Positions 44,424 to 54,434 are shown, counted from the stretch's first letter. The stretch is 64,000 nt of DNA from Candidatus Saccharicenans sp. (GCA_026414545.1 JAOAIU010000024.1:3695-67694); one strand, 5' to 3'. Made by a program: numbers and translations. Notes: generated from the letters alone by a model not told the origin.

Positions 44424-47078
44424 ATGAGATTATCTCCACTCCATCGCGGGAAAGAATTTTCCCCAATAGCCATAGGACCACTTTCAATCCTTCTGGCTTT
44501 TGCTTTTTCTTTCATCATTCTGGCTATCTTTCCTGCCCCTCTGCGGGCCGACATTACTTCGCCAGAAAAATACCTGGGCTTCCAACCAGGCCAGGATTTC
44601 AAGCTGGCCAACTGGAACCAGATTACCGGATATTTCAAGCTGCTGGACGAATCTTCCGACCGGTTAAAGGTCCTGGAGCTCGGGAAGACCACCCTCGGAC
44701 GTCCGTTGATCATGGCCATCATCACCGCCGAGGAAAACATGGTTGACCTGGAAAAATACCGGAAAATCCAGGAGCGGTTGCATGACCCCCGAGGGCTAAG
44801 CCCGGAAGAAAAAGCCCGTCTGCTGAAAGAAGGCAAGGCCATCGTCTACATTAGCTGCTCCATTCATTCCACCGAAATCGCGGCCTCCCAGATGTCGATG
44901 GAACTGGCTTACCGTCTGGCCAGCGACAACTCCCCTGTAATCAAGAGCATACTCAGCCAGGTTATCCTGCTCCTGGTGCCATCGGCCAACCCGGATGGAA
45001 TTGACCTGGTCAGCGACTGGTACTACCGAACCCTGGGCACTCCCTTTGAGGCCAGCGCCATGCCCTGGCTCTACCATTATTACGCCGGACATGATAACAA
45101 CCGGGACTGGTTCATGCTGACCCAGAAGGAAACTCAATTGATGGCCCGGGTGCTTTACCAGGAATGGTTCCCCCTCCTGGTCTACGATGTCCACCAGATG
45201 GGCTCCACTGGACCGCGCCTCTTTCTGCCCCCCTACCAGGACCCCATCAACCCCAACCTGGACCCGCTGCTACTGCGTGAACTTTACCAGTTAACCGGGG
45301 AAGCAGTCATCAGCCTCAGTCGCGAAGGGAAGACGGGCGTGGCTACCAACACCATCTTTGACGGCTGGTACAACACGGCCAACCGGGCCGCCCCGCTGCG
45401 CCACAATGCCCTGGGAATTCTATCGGAAGCAGCCAGCGCCAACCTGGCTTCTCCCATTTTCCTGAGGCCCTCCGATATCCGGGTATCCGGCGGCGGCAAT
45501 GACATCCAGTCCACCTACCTGGAACCCTGGCCCGGCGGCTGGTGGCGCCTGAGAGATATTGTGGAGTACGAGCAGATTGTGGCCACGTCCTTCCTGCGCA
45601 CCGTCTCCAGTAATAAAGAAAAATTCCTGGAAAATTATTGCCTGTTTGCCGAACGGCAGATAAATAAGGGCCTGACCGAGCCACCCTATGCTTATCTCAT
45701 ACCTGAAGAGCAGAGAGACCTGCCCACCGCTCTTAAATTGCTGGAAGTTATCCAGAAAAACGGAGCCGAAGTGCACCAGGCCACCAGGCCCTTTAAGGCT
45801 GACGGCCTGGATTACCCGGCCGGCACCTACGTGATCCTGCTGGCCCAGCCCTACCGGGCCTTCGTCAAGGACCTGCTGGAAAGTAAAGCTTACCCCCTGC
45901 CCCCGGGGCGCGACCCGGCCCAGTATCTCCCCTACGATGAAGCCAGCTGGACCCTGCCCCTGCAGATGGGGGTGAGAGTCATCGAGGTAAACGAAAAGCT
46001 TGAAGCCAGTCTGAAACTCCTGCCAGCCATCAGCCTCCCAGAAAGCCGCCTCACCGGCAGCGGTAGGTACTTCATTGTCGACAGCAGTTCCAATAACAGC
46101 CTGACCCTGGCCAACCGACTTCTGAAGAACAAGCTGCCTGCAGGCTATATTGACAGGCCAGTTGGCGCCGGAAATAAAACTTTCCGGGCCGGAAGCCTGG
46201 TCATCGAAAAGAACCGGGTAGATGAATCCAGGCTCAGGTCTTTAAGCCGGGGTTTAGGTTTGACCATCGACACCCTGGATTCCATAGGGCAGGCCAGGAT
46301 TCAACCGCTTAAAGAATACCGGCTGGCCATCTACCAGCCCTGGACAGCCAGCATGGATGAAGGCTGGACCCGCTGGGTGCTGGAACAGTTTGAATTCAAC
46401 TTCAAGGTCCTGCACAACGCCGAAATCCGGGCCGGCCAGCTGGAAAAAAGCTATACCCACCTCATCCTGCCCTCGCTGGGCGCCAGGGCCATCCTGGAGG
46501 GAAGAAGAAAGGGAGAGGTCCCACCCGAATATGCCGGGGGCCTTGGAACGGAGGGTGTCTCCGCCCTGAATTCCTTCGTTCAGAACGGCGGCGTTTTAAT
46601 TGCCGTGGAAAACTCGGTTGATTTTGCCATTGAATATTTCGGCCTGCCCCTCAAGAACATCATCGAACCTCGCCGGCCGAGCCGGGCCGAAAACGAGCCG
46701 GCCGCTACCCAGAGCGACCGGACCAGGATTTATTCTCCGGGTTCGATACTCAAGGTGATGGTTGACGGTTCCCGGCCAGAAGCTTTCGGTTATGATGGGG
46801 AAGCGGCCATCTTTTCCTACTTCAGTCCGGTCTTCGAGGCAACCAAGCCCGAGGTCCAGGGCCCGGCGGTCAAAGTCCATAACCTGGCCTGGTACCCGGC
46901 TTACGACCCGCTGCTCAGCGGCATTCTGCTCAACGGCGAGAAACTCCAGCACAAGTTGGCCGCCGTGACCTGCGAGGTGGGGCGGGGCCAGGTAGTCCTG
47001 CTGGGATTTGATGCCGTCCACCGGGCCCAGTCCCACGGCAGCTTCAAGTTTCTTTTCAATCCCATCATATATCGCTGA
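44424..47078 (+). CDS. Exported M14-family metallocarboxypeptidase-like protein (large form)
   Basis: CSIHSTEIAA (HxxE zinc site), PSANPDGID and YAGHDNNRDW are typical M14 motifs. It has an N-terminal signal/TM and RBS AAGGAG. Confidence 0.75.
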   Translation: MRLSPLHRGKEFSPIAIGPLSILLAFAFSFIILAIFPAPLRADITSPEKYLGFQPGQDFKLANWNQITGYFKLLDESSDRLKVLELGKTTLGRPLIMAIITAEENMVDLEKYRKIQERLHDPRGLSPEEKARLLKEGKAIVYISCSIHSTEIAASQMSMELAYRLASDNSPVIKSILSQVILLLVPSANPDGIDLVSDWYYRTLGTPFEASAMPWLYHYYAGHDNNRDWFMLTQKETQLMARVLYQEWFPLLVYDVHQMGSTGPRLFLPPYQDPINPNLDPLLLRELYQLTGEAVISLSREGKTGVATNTIFDGWYNTANRAAPLRHNALGILSEAASANLASPIFLRPSDIRVSGGGNDIQSTYLEPWPGGWWRLRDIVEYEQIVATSFLRTVSSNKEKFLENYCLFAERQINKGLTEPPYAYLIPEEQRDLPTALKLLEVIQKNGAEVHQATRPFKADGLDYPAGTYVILLAQPYRAFVKDLLESKAYPLPPGRDPAQYLPYDEASWTLPLQMGVRVIEVNEKLEASLKLLPAISLPESRLTGSGRYFIVDSSSNNSLTLANRLLKNKLPAGYIDRPVGAGNKTFRAGSLVIEKNRVDESRLRSLSRGLGLTIDTLDSIGQARIQPLKEYRLAIYQPWTASMDEGWTRWVLEQFEFNFKVLHNAEIRAGQLEKSYTHLILPSLGARAILEGRRKGEVPPEYAGGLGTEGVSALNSFVQNGGVLIAVENSVDFAIEYFGLPLKNIIEPRRPSRAENEPAATQSDRTRIYSPGSILKVMVDGSRPEAFGYDGEAAIFSYFSPVFEATKPEVQGPAVKVHNLAWYPAYDPLLSGILLNGEKLQHKLAAVTCEVGRGQVVLLGFDAVHRAQSHGSFKFLFNPIIYR

Positions 47079-47585
47079 TCTTATAAGCTGAGGCCTGGAG
47101 CCAGGAAAAGCAGGCAGCCAGAAGCCGGGGCTAGTGCTGAGGATAAAACCAGAAGGGCCCACTTCTTTGTTTGGTCGCCCTGGCCACGGCCCCGGGAATG
47201 ACAGGTGAAAATGAAGCTTGTTCCAGGAGAAGACCACCTGCCAGGCAGGACAGTAGTCCGGATGATGAGAATTTAGCCTGAGCTTAATTGCCAACAGAAA
47301 ATAATTATCAATGACCTGAATATCAAAGCCTGAGGGTTTTCTCCCGCAGCCCGCCCGGAGCCGAATATTTCCAGGGACCCTTTTCTGTCAGCTGACCAGT
47401 TCCAGGGCAGGCTTTGTTCAACAAGGTCTGTTCTGCGTCACGAACCAAACGAACCGTTTGTTCTTATGACAGGACCAGAACCGGTAACCCACACTTTTTC
47501 TTCAATTAATCGCCGGAATAAATTAGAATGAATATAGTCAAAAAAACTAAAACCGGGTCCAGCCTGACCCACAAGGAGAAAAAAA

Positions 47586-48416
47586 TTGGATAAAGAAAGA
47601 ACCCTGATAATAGCCTTGGTTCAGCAGATGAATACTCGAGACCGCAAAAAAAACCTGGCCAGGGGACTGGACGCTCTCGACCGGGCAGCCTCGGCCGGGG
47701 CCGGTCTCATTGTGTTTCCCGAGCTGTCTTTTCTGCCTTTCCTGCCGCAACGCCCGGCCGGCTCTGGTTTCCAGGACTGGGCGGAAACCATTCCGGGCCC
47801 CACTACCGAACTGATTTCAAGAAAGGCAGCCGAACGTCGGGTGGTGGTAATTTTTAACCTGCTGGAAATTCATGGCGGAAAAACCTACGATTCGTCTCCT
47901 GTAATTGACATCGACGGCCGCCTGGTAGGGGTCAACAGAATGGTCCACGTCATGGAAGGGCCGGGCTTTCACGAAAAGGGTTATTATCAGCCAGGAGACC
48001 TGGGAGCCGGAGTTTTTGAAACTGCGGCCGGCCGGATCGGCGTAGCCATCTGCTACGACCGTCACTTCCCGGAGTACATGCGAGCCCTGGCCCTTAAAGG
48101 TGCTGAGCTGGTGGTTACTCCCCAGGCCGGGGCCAAGGGCGAGTGGCCAGCCGGCCTGTTTGAAGCCGAACTCCAGGTGGCTGCTTTTCAGAACGGCTAT
48201 TTCTGCGCCCTGGCCAACCGGGTGGGTAAAGAAGAGGTGGTAGAGTTTGACGGCGGCTCGTTCGTGGTTGACCCTTCCGGACAGGTCATAGCCAGGGCAG
48301 TGAAAGGCGAGGAAGATATACTGCTGGCCGAGATAGATTTCAGCCTGCTCAGGCACTGCCCGGCCCACAGGCACTTTCTTCCTGACCGCCGGCCCGAAGT
48401 CTACCAGAAACTTTAA
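47586..48416 (+). CDS. Carbon-nitrogen hydrolase (nitrilase superfamily)
   Basis: Catalytic Glu in VFPELSF, catalytic Cys in GVAICYDRHFPE, and the general size and architecture. TTG start with RBS AAGGAGA 6 nt upstream. Confidence 0.8.
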   Translation: MDKERTLIIALVQQMNTRDRKKNLARGLDALDRAASAGAGLIVFPELSFLPFLPQRPAGSGFQDWAETIPGPTTELISRKAAERRVVVIFNLLEIHGGKTYDSSPVIDIDGRLVGVNRMVHVMEGPGFHEKGYYQPGDLGAGVFETAAGRIGVAICYDRHFPEYMRALALKGAELVVTPQAGAKGEWPAGLFEAELQVAAFQNGYFCALANRVGKEEVVEFDGGSFVVDPSGQVIARAVKGEEDILLAEIDFSLLRHCPAHRHFLPDRRPEVYQKL

Positions 48417-48556
48417 CTGGCCAGCTTGGGCCAGTCTTATTCGTCGCCGACCAGTGTATAATATATAGGTTGATAGCCTGAACCCGGGTTGAGGCGGTTT
48501 GAGCCGCGGTCGGTCCTGTTTATGGCTATCAATCTTCTTGAGCAAAAGGAGGCAAG

Positions 48557-48928
48557 ATGAAAATAAAAGGTCTATTAGCACTAAGCCTGCTTCTGGCTGT
48601 CTTGAGCCTGCCCCTTCTGGCCAACAAGTCGGCCGCTTCGATCGAAGCCCCAGCCACAGTCAAGGCTGGGGAAGAAGCCACCGTCATCATCCACGTCACT
48701 CATCGCGGCAATAGTAGCCTGCATCATACCAAACGGCTGGTGGTCCTGGCCAACGGCAAGGAAATAGCTCGCTGGGATTTTTCTTCGAGCCATAGGCCCG
48801 AAGCAGAAAACTTCAGCCGCGAAGTAAAGCTTAAAATCGAGGCGGAAACTGAAATCGTGGCCGAAGCCACCTGCAATCTTCATGGCAGCGCCGGCCCGGC
48901 TTCGGTCAAGATTAAGTTAGCTGATTGA
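48557..48928 (+). CDS. Exported desulfoferrodoxin/neelaredoxin Fe-binding-domain-like (SOR-like) protein
   Basis: Signal peptide MKIKGLLALSLLLAVLSLPLLA. His-rich strands (IIHVTHRGNSSLHH) and the C-terminal CNLHG match the Cys-Asn-x-His-Gly iron-ligand motif of superoxide reductases. Confidence 0.5.
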   Translation: MKIKGLLALSLLLAVLSLPLLANKSAASIEAPATVKAGEEATVIIHVTHRGNSSLHHTKRLVVLANGKEIARWDFSSSHRPEAENFSREVKLKIEAETEIVAEATCNLHGSAGPASVKIKLAD

Positions 48929-48944
48929 AGGGGGGGGTATAAGA

Positions 48945-49127
48945 ATGGTGATTGCTGGAGTATCGCTGGTTTTAATCCTGGGAATCATCAACCTGGTCCT
49001 GATTCTATTTCAGGTCAGCAGCGGAAAGAAATGGCTCAAGGTAAATTTCGCCTGGCACCGCCGCCTGGGTCTGGTGCTGCTGTTTACAGCTATAGCCCAC
49101 GCCCTCCTGGCCATTCTTTCTCTATAA
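48945..49127 (+). CDS. Small two-TM membrane protein with conserved-looking His residues
   Basis: 60 aa with two hydrophobic helices (VSLVLILGIINLVLILF; LGLVLLFTAIAHALLAIL), His in AWHRR and AIAH. It starts 17 nt after the SOR-like gene. Confidence 0.4.
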   Translation: MVIAGVSLVLILGIINLVLILFQVSSGKKWLKVNFAWHRRLGLVLLFTAIAHALLAILSL

Positions 49128-49389
49128 TTTTCAAGCTGATTTCTCAAGAAAAACTTAGTTCCTGCTAATTTAGCAGGGTATTATGTTTTTATTATGACCA
49201 AAGTGGCCAACAAGTCTGGACCTGGCCAATTGATGGCGGCGATTCCAGTACTTGATGCAATTAGAAATCAAATGTCCCTGAATGATAACTACTACCCAGA
49301 ACCTGAATAGGAGGCAGGCTTATCCTCCTATAATTATCCTTACTTCCCCTTATTAAAAAATATTTTCAAAAACCGCCAGCCCGCTAATC

Positions 49390-51849
49390 TTACCTGGTTT
49401 CCGCCTTGACAATCTGGTAGAGGCTCATGGGAGCGGTCTCAAACTCAATTTTCTGTCCATCCTGTTTGAACTGCGTCGGGGCGCCTCCAGCAGCCATCTG
49501 GCCCGAAAAATATTCTCTGATCTGTCCCAGGCTCAAGACCTGGACTGCGGTCCAGTCGGCCGGAAGATGGACTACGGCCTTGAGCCTGGAATTGGTCGGG
49601 TTAACCAGCCTGATCCGGCCCTCCCCGTCCCAGATTTCCTGGAGGTCAAAATGTTCGACTCTGGCCCCCTTCTCAAAAATCTTCAGGTAGGGCATTTCGT
49701 ACAGGTTAGAGACGATAACCAGGCCGTCATCGTCCTCGTAGAATTTCTTGGCATAGGTGTTGTAATGGCCGCAGAACTCGAACTTCCCGCCGGTGGCTTC
49801 CTTCATTTTCTTGTTGGCTTCAAGCGAATGCCACAGCAGCTGATGAGCATAATCCAGGTACATCTTCTTGCCGGTGTGCTTGTAGCCTGAAACCAGAGCC
49901 TCCATAATCCAGGGGATGTAGGTGGGAGCCGTGGCCACCGAGGAGTCAGTTCCGGTGGTCGGCTCGCCGAACTGGCCGGTCCAGTCCCCGTCTTTCCGAG
50001 CCACGCCACCCTTGAGCCAGTAAAATTCGTCGGGGAATTTATCCATGTGGATAAAGGACATCAGCATGGTATCGAGTATCTTCTCGGCATCCTTGAGCCA
50101 CTTTTCCTGGCCGGTGTAATCGTACAACCGGTAAAGGGCCTTGGCCGCAAAGGCAAAGACGTTGGCCGAAGGTTCCCCGGCATGGTCTTCGAGCAGCAGG
50201 CCGTAATTTTCCAGCACCTGGAGCTGGTTTTCCATGGCTTCCACCGCCCGGTCCAGGTATTTCTTGTCCCCGGTAAAAGAATAGGCGCTGAGCATGACGT
50301 CTATTCCGAACTCGCAAGCATCAAAAGTATTGAGGTCATCCTTCCAGATGAGCTTCGGGGGTTTGGTCCCCGGGTCCACCACCGCCCGCCAGTACCACCG
50401 CCGTCCTTCGGGGTTCCACATCAGCCCGGAATGCACCTTATCAAAATTTATAAGCAGGGCTTCCCTGGCCGCCGGGTTGCCGGTCAGCGGGTACTCGGCC
50501 AGGAGCGATTCCACGTTGTAGGGCTGGGACCAGAGAAAGCACTGCCGCTGCTTGGTATCGACCGTCTGGTCCATGAAGTAACCGAAGAAAGGATGGTCGG
50601 TTGAATTCCAACGCATTTTCTCCAGGTAAAATTTGTTAGCATTTATGGTGTACTGAAGCCAGGTGCGGTCTCCGGTAACATAGAACATGGTCATGAAAGC
50701 CTTGCCGGTCATTTCGTTATGCCAGTCATTGGTCGGCCACTCGTAGGCATGGTAGACCCAGCCCTCCCTGGTAATGGTCCTGGGCACATTGCTGACCAGA
50801 TATTTCTCCACCTCCTCCAGATTCACTTTCTCAAAATTCAGGCCATTCTGCTTCAGGTAACGATCATAGCGCGAATAGATATCCTCGTCAGAAAAAGTAG
50901 CTACCAGGTTGAAACGCGCCTCCTCCTGCGGCTTTATCTTCACCGCCTTCCAGACAAAAAGGCCGTGCTGGTGCAGAATCCACCAGCCGCCGGTGAAGTA
51001 ATTGCTGGTTGTGTCGCGTTTTATTTTCCAGGGCAGCATGCCCGAAGCGGCCAGGCCGTCGCCGCTGACGGTAAAGGTGTAGCTATCGGAAAAACCCAAC
51101 GGCTCTATATTCCTGGAGCAGAGCAGCTCGGCCGGCCCAAAAGCGGTGTCGATTATCCTATTGGCCGGCAGGGTCAGCAGGTTGATATAGGGTACCTCTT
51201 CTGCCCGGTTGTTCCTGACGCGGTGGTCAAAGAGGAGTTGCCCGCCTTTCAGGCTGATTTCCAGCCGGTGGCTCAATCCCTGGCCTTTATCGGCGGTCAG
51301 AACCAGCACCTGGCCGCGGTTTCTGTCTTTGAGCACCTCATGTTTCTCAAAATAGACATACCACCTGTAAGATGGATTCTTTTCCGACTCCTTGGCATTC
51401 CACATGGAGAGGAAGGGGTTATCAGGATAACTTTCCGGCTGACCGACCAGCCCGACAACGTCGTTGGAGCTCAGGGTCGGGTATATCTCCCGGGCCCGGT
51501 CCCAGCCCAGATATCGGTAACAGAGTTCCCCGCGGTAACGAAGTTCCTGCAGGTAATAACCGTTCCAGCGCGGGTCCAGGTCTCTCGTCTCAGGCGGTGT
51601 CTGGTAGGGATTCAGGGCCTGATGTCCTTTCCAGACATCGACGAAGTCCAGCCTCAGATAAACCCGGCCATTATCCATTTCTATGAAATCGCCGGGAGAG
51701 TCACGGCCGTCCTTATCGTTGTCGTGCCAGACCAGGTTCACCGGTTGTCCCCGGCTGGCTGTGCCCAGAATCAGGTATAAAAGAAGCGATATTATGACCA
51801 GTCCCAGTATAAAGATGAAACTGAACCACAGGCCTCGTTCGGGCTTCAT
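49390..51849 (-). CDS. Large membrane-anchored/exported protein with C-terminal (alpha/alpha)6-toroid-like repeats; function unknown
   Basis: An N-terminal TM, then recurring helical-hairpin signatures FYVTGDRTWLQY, YPLTGNPAAREAL, YSFTGDKKYLDRA, YDYTGQEKWLKDA and YKHTGKKMYLDYA, as seen in GH/epimerase/LanC-like alpha-toroids. I prefer ATG 51849 (RBS GGAGG...GAGGTGG) to the TTG at 51891. Confidence 0.5.
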   Translation of the reverse strand: MKPERGLWFSFIFILGLVIISLLLYLILGTASRGQPVNLVWHDNDKDGRDSPGDFIEMDNGRVYLRLDFVDVWKGHQALNPYQTPPETRDLDPRWNGYYLQELRYRGELCYRYLGWDRAREIYPTLSSNDVVGLVGQPESYPDNPFLSMWNAKESEKNPSYRWYVYFEKHEVLKDRNRGQVLVLTADKGQGLSHRLEISLKGGQLLFDHRVRNNRAEEVPYINLLTLPANRIIDTAFGPAELLCSRNIEPLGFSDSYTFTVSGDGLAASGMLPWKIKRDTTSNYFTGGWWILHQHGLFVWKAVKIKPQEEARFNLVATFSDEDIYSRYDRYLKQNGLNFEKVNLEEVEKYLVSNVPRTITREGWVYHAYEWPTNDWHNEMTGKAFMTMFYVTGDRTWLQYTINANKFYLEKMRWNSTDHPFFGYFMDQTVDTKQRQCFLWSQPYNVESLLAEYPLTGNPAAREALLINFDKVHSGLMWNPEGRRWYWRAVVDPGTKPPKLIWKDDLNTFDACEFGIDVMLSAYSFTGDKKYLDRAVEAMENQLQVLENYGLLLEDHAGEPSANVFAFAAKALYRLYDYTGQEKWLKDAEKILDTMLMSFIHMDKFPDEFYWLKGGVARKDGDWTGQFGEPTTGTDSSVATAPTYIPWIMEALVSGYKHTGKKMYLDYAHQLLWHSLEANKKMKEATGGKFEFCGHYNTYAKKFYEDDDGLVIVSNLYEMPYLKIFEKGARVEHFDLQEIWDGEGRIRLVNPTNSRLKAVVHLPADWTAVQVLSLGQIREYFSGQMAAGGAPTQFKQDGQKIEFETAPMSLYQIVKAETR

Positions 51850-52136
51850 GGCCACCTCACCCCTCCTCTTAGATTTTTTTATTCCTAGCAAAAATCAGAA
51901 AATAATGAAAATCCTCCCGGTTAGAAAATTTTCTGGCCTGATACCTTGCGGGCAGGAAAATCAAAATCGAGAAAAAACCCTGGCGCCAGGATGGTCATCA
52001 GTTAGAGTTTAAAAAACGGTAATCTCAAAGTCAAGGAAAGTTCAGGCGGGGAAACGGGGGCAAACGACAACGGCCGGCTTAAATCCGAACATAAAGATAA
52101 TAGTTCAGAAAACGACGATGACCAGGCCAGTTCTCT

Positions 52137-53336
52137 TTACTTATTCAGCTTTTTCTTCAGGGCCCGGGTCAGGGCCGGGACAACGGTGAACAGGTCGCCC
52201 ACAATTCCATAATCAGCTATCTGGAAAATTGGAGCTTCTGGGTCCTTGTTTATAGCCACGATTATCTTGCTGGTGCGCATGCCAGCCTGGTGCTGGATGG
52301 CCCCGCTGATGCCGCAGGCGATATAAAGGTCCGGCCGGACCGTCCTTCCGGTCTGACCGACCTGGTGGGCATAGGAAATCCAGCCGGCATCGACCGCTGC
52401 CCGGGAAGCGCCCACCGCCCCACCAAGAACGTCAGCCAGTTCGTGAATGATGGTGAAGCCTTCGGGGCCCTTCAAGCCGCGGCCACCGGAAACGATTATC
52501 TTGGCATCGGCAATGTTAACCTCGTTCTTTTCCACAATCAGGTCCAGGACGCGGGTGGCAATCTGCTCTTCCAGCAGAACCGGTTTTTCTTTTATGATCT
52601 GTCCCTGGCGGCCGGGGTCAGGAACCGGCATCTCGAAAACATGGTGTCTGACGGTGGCCATTTGCGGCCGGTAGTTCTCGCACTTAATGGTGGCCATGAT
52701 ATTGCCGCCGAAAGCCGGCCTGATCTGGAGAAGCAGATTTGAACCTTCTTCAATTTCCAGCCCGGTGCAATCGGCGGTCAGGCCAGTATAAAGGTAAGTG
52801 GCCACGGCCCCGGCCAGGTCGCGGCCCCGGGTGCTGGCTCCCAGCAGGAAAATTTCTGGCTTGTATTTTTTAACCAGTTCCACCAGGCAGCGAGCATAAG
52901 GGTCGGTACGGTAGACTTTCAGGGTGGGGTCATCCACCAGGAAGACCCGGTCGGCCCCATAGGCAATGGCTTCCCTGGCTATGGGCTCGGCCTCGTGACC
53001 GAGGACACAGGCGGTGAGAATTGTCCCGCGCCTGGCGGCCAGGCGCCGGCCCTCTCCGATCATTTCCCAGGAAATGGGCGATGCCTTCCCGTTGTACTGC
53101 TCCACCCAGACCCAGACTCCCTGGTAGGCACCAAGGTCGGAGGATTCTTTCTTTTCAACTTCTGGCAGGCTCAGGGCTCCGGTCGGACACTCGGGAACGC
53201 AGGCTCCGCAACCGGTACAGGCTTCATTCACCGTAATGATATTTTCAGCATCAAGGGCCAGAGCACCAAAGGGACAGACCTGAAGGCACAGTCCACACCC
53301 GGTACAGGCATCTCTCTTTATTTCAAGCAAAGCCAT
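52137..53336 (-). CDS. etfA: Electron transfer flavoprotein alpha subunit with N-terminal 2x[4Fe-4S] ferredoxin domain
   Basis: [12 protein letters not shown] and [12 protein letters not shown] are followed by an EtfA core ([18 protein letters not shown]). Confidence 0.85.
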   Translation of the reverse strand: MALLEIKRDACTGCGLCLQVCPFGALALDAENIITVNEACTGCGACVPECPTGALSLPEVEKKESSDLGAYQGVWVWVEQYNGKASPISWEMIGEGRRLAARRGTILTACVLGHEAEPIAREAIAYGADRVFLVDDPTLKVYRTDPYARCLVELVKKYKPEIFLLGASTRGRDLAGAVATYLYTGLTADCTGLEIEEGSNLLLQIRPAFGGNIMATIKCENYRPQMATVRHHVFEMPVPDPGRQGQIIKEKPVLLEEQIATRVLDLIVEKNEVNIADAKIIVSGGRGLKGPEGFTIIHELADVLGGAVGASRAAVDAGWISYAHQVGQTGRTVRPDLYIACGISGAIQHQAGMRTSKIIVAINKDPEAPIFQIADYGIVGDLFTVVPALTRALKKKLNK

Positions 53337-53345
53337 GGTCGCACC

Positions 53346-54146
53346 TCAAACTATGATCTTTTCGGCAATGAGTTTTTCAGCCAGAAGCTCAGCCTGCTGC
53401 TCGACAGACTCAGCCTGCATTATCTGGCATTTTCCCTGGCGGGCCGGCGGAGTTTCTATCTTAACCACCCGGGTTGGAGAACCGTTAAGACCGATCAACT
53501 TCGGGTCCACCTCCAGGTCCTTAGAAGTCCAGGTGGGAATCTGTATCTTCTGGGCCCGCCTGATACCCAGGATAGTAGGATAACGCGGCTGGTTGATGTC
53601 TTTAACCACGGTAATGAGGCAGGGCAAAGTGGACTGGACCACTTCCTTTCCTTCTTCCACCAGCCGTTCCACCTCTATCTTCTTCTGCTCAAGGTCGAGC
53701 TTGGCTATCTTGCAGACGTAGGTCAGCTGGTTTATCTGGAGCTGGGTGGCCACCCCCGGTCCCACCTGGCCGGTATCGCCGTCGATCGCCTGCCGGCCGC
53801 AAAAAATCAGGTCAAAGCTTCCGATTTTCCGTATAGCCGCGGCCAGGGTATAAGCCGTGGCCCAGGTATCAGCACCGGCAAAAGCCGGGTCGCTCAGCAG
53901 AATGGCCTCATCCGCTCCCATGGCCACCGCTTCTTTCAGAGCGCTCATGGCCTGGGGCGGGCCCATGCTGATGACGGTAACCTTGCCCCCCAACTTTTCT
54001 TTCCAGCGCAAGGCTTCTTCTATGGCATAGGTGTCAAAGGGATTGACTATGCTGGGCACTCCTTCCCTGATGAGGGTACCCCTTTCCGGGTCAATCTTGA
54101 CTTCTGTGGTATCCGGTACCTGCTTGATACAAACAATAGCCTGCAC
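53346..54146 (-). CDS. etfB: Electron transfer flavoprotein beta subunit
   Basis: The MQAIVCIKQVPDT... N-terminus and DLIFCGRQAIDGDTGQVG motif are present. It lies immediately upstream of etfA. Confidence 0.85.
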   Translation of the reverse strand: MQAIVCIKQVPDTTEVKIDPERGTLIREGVPSIVNPFDTYAIEEALRWKEKLGGKVTVISMGPPQAMSALKEAVAMGADEAILLSDPAFAGADTWATAYTLAAAIRKIGSFDLIFCGRQAIDGDTGQVGPGVATQLQINQLTYVCKIAKLDLEQKKIEVERLVEEGKEVVQSTLPCLITVVKDINQPRYPTILGIRRAQKIQIPTWTSKDLEVDPKLIGLNGSPTRVVKIETPPARQGKCQIMQAESVEQQAELLAEKLIAEKIIV

Positions 54147-54434
54147 CTTTCCCTCCTGGTCGTTAAATTGCCCGCAGAACCTGTTTTTATCTTATTAATA
54201 TTGCCCGGGATAACTACTCAGAACCGGTAGCCCGTCCACAGGGGACAGCCGGCCTGCCCGGCAACAGCAGCCTTCTCAAATTTCCGAGAAATATAATCCA
54301 CCTTTAAGAATATGTCAAGAAACGCGCTTTTTAAGGAGGGGTTGCCATTCCTGGCAGCCTCGACTAAAATTAGCATTTGTTTTCCAGCCTTAAAGGCGGA
54401 TCTATTACCGGAGAATCAAATAAGGAAAAAAACG

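Noticed and set aside
47079-47585. A roughly 500-bp gap between the M14 peptidase and the CN-hydrolase, partly covered by the 5' end of a minus-strand ORF (46596-47294). I considered it as a possible pseudogene or ncRNA.
   Set aside because: The ORF is mainly the antisense shadow of the M14 gene, and its extension has no recognisable features. I saw no strong repeats, hairpins or RNA-family signatures, and cannot support any call without a database search.
49161-49330. Two short hairpins in the convergent spacer, considered as terminators: CCTGCTA-ATT-TAGCAGG at 49161-49177 and TAGGAGG-N9-CCTCCTA at 49308-49330.
   Set aside because: The stems are only 7 bp. The first has its T-run 8 nt away and the second has none. 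They are plausible but too weak to list as features.
52060-52071. GCAAACGACAAC, which resembles the start of a tmRNA tag-coding region (ANDxNYALAA type).
   Set aside because: No in-frame ...ALAA-stop follows. There are no tRNA-like acceptor or T-arm sequences, and the intergenic space (245 nt) is too short for a tmRNA.
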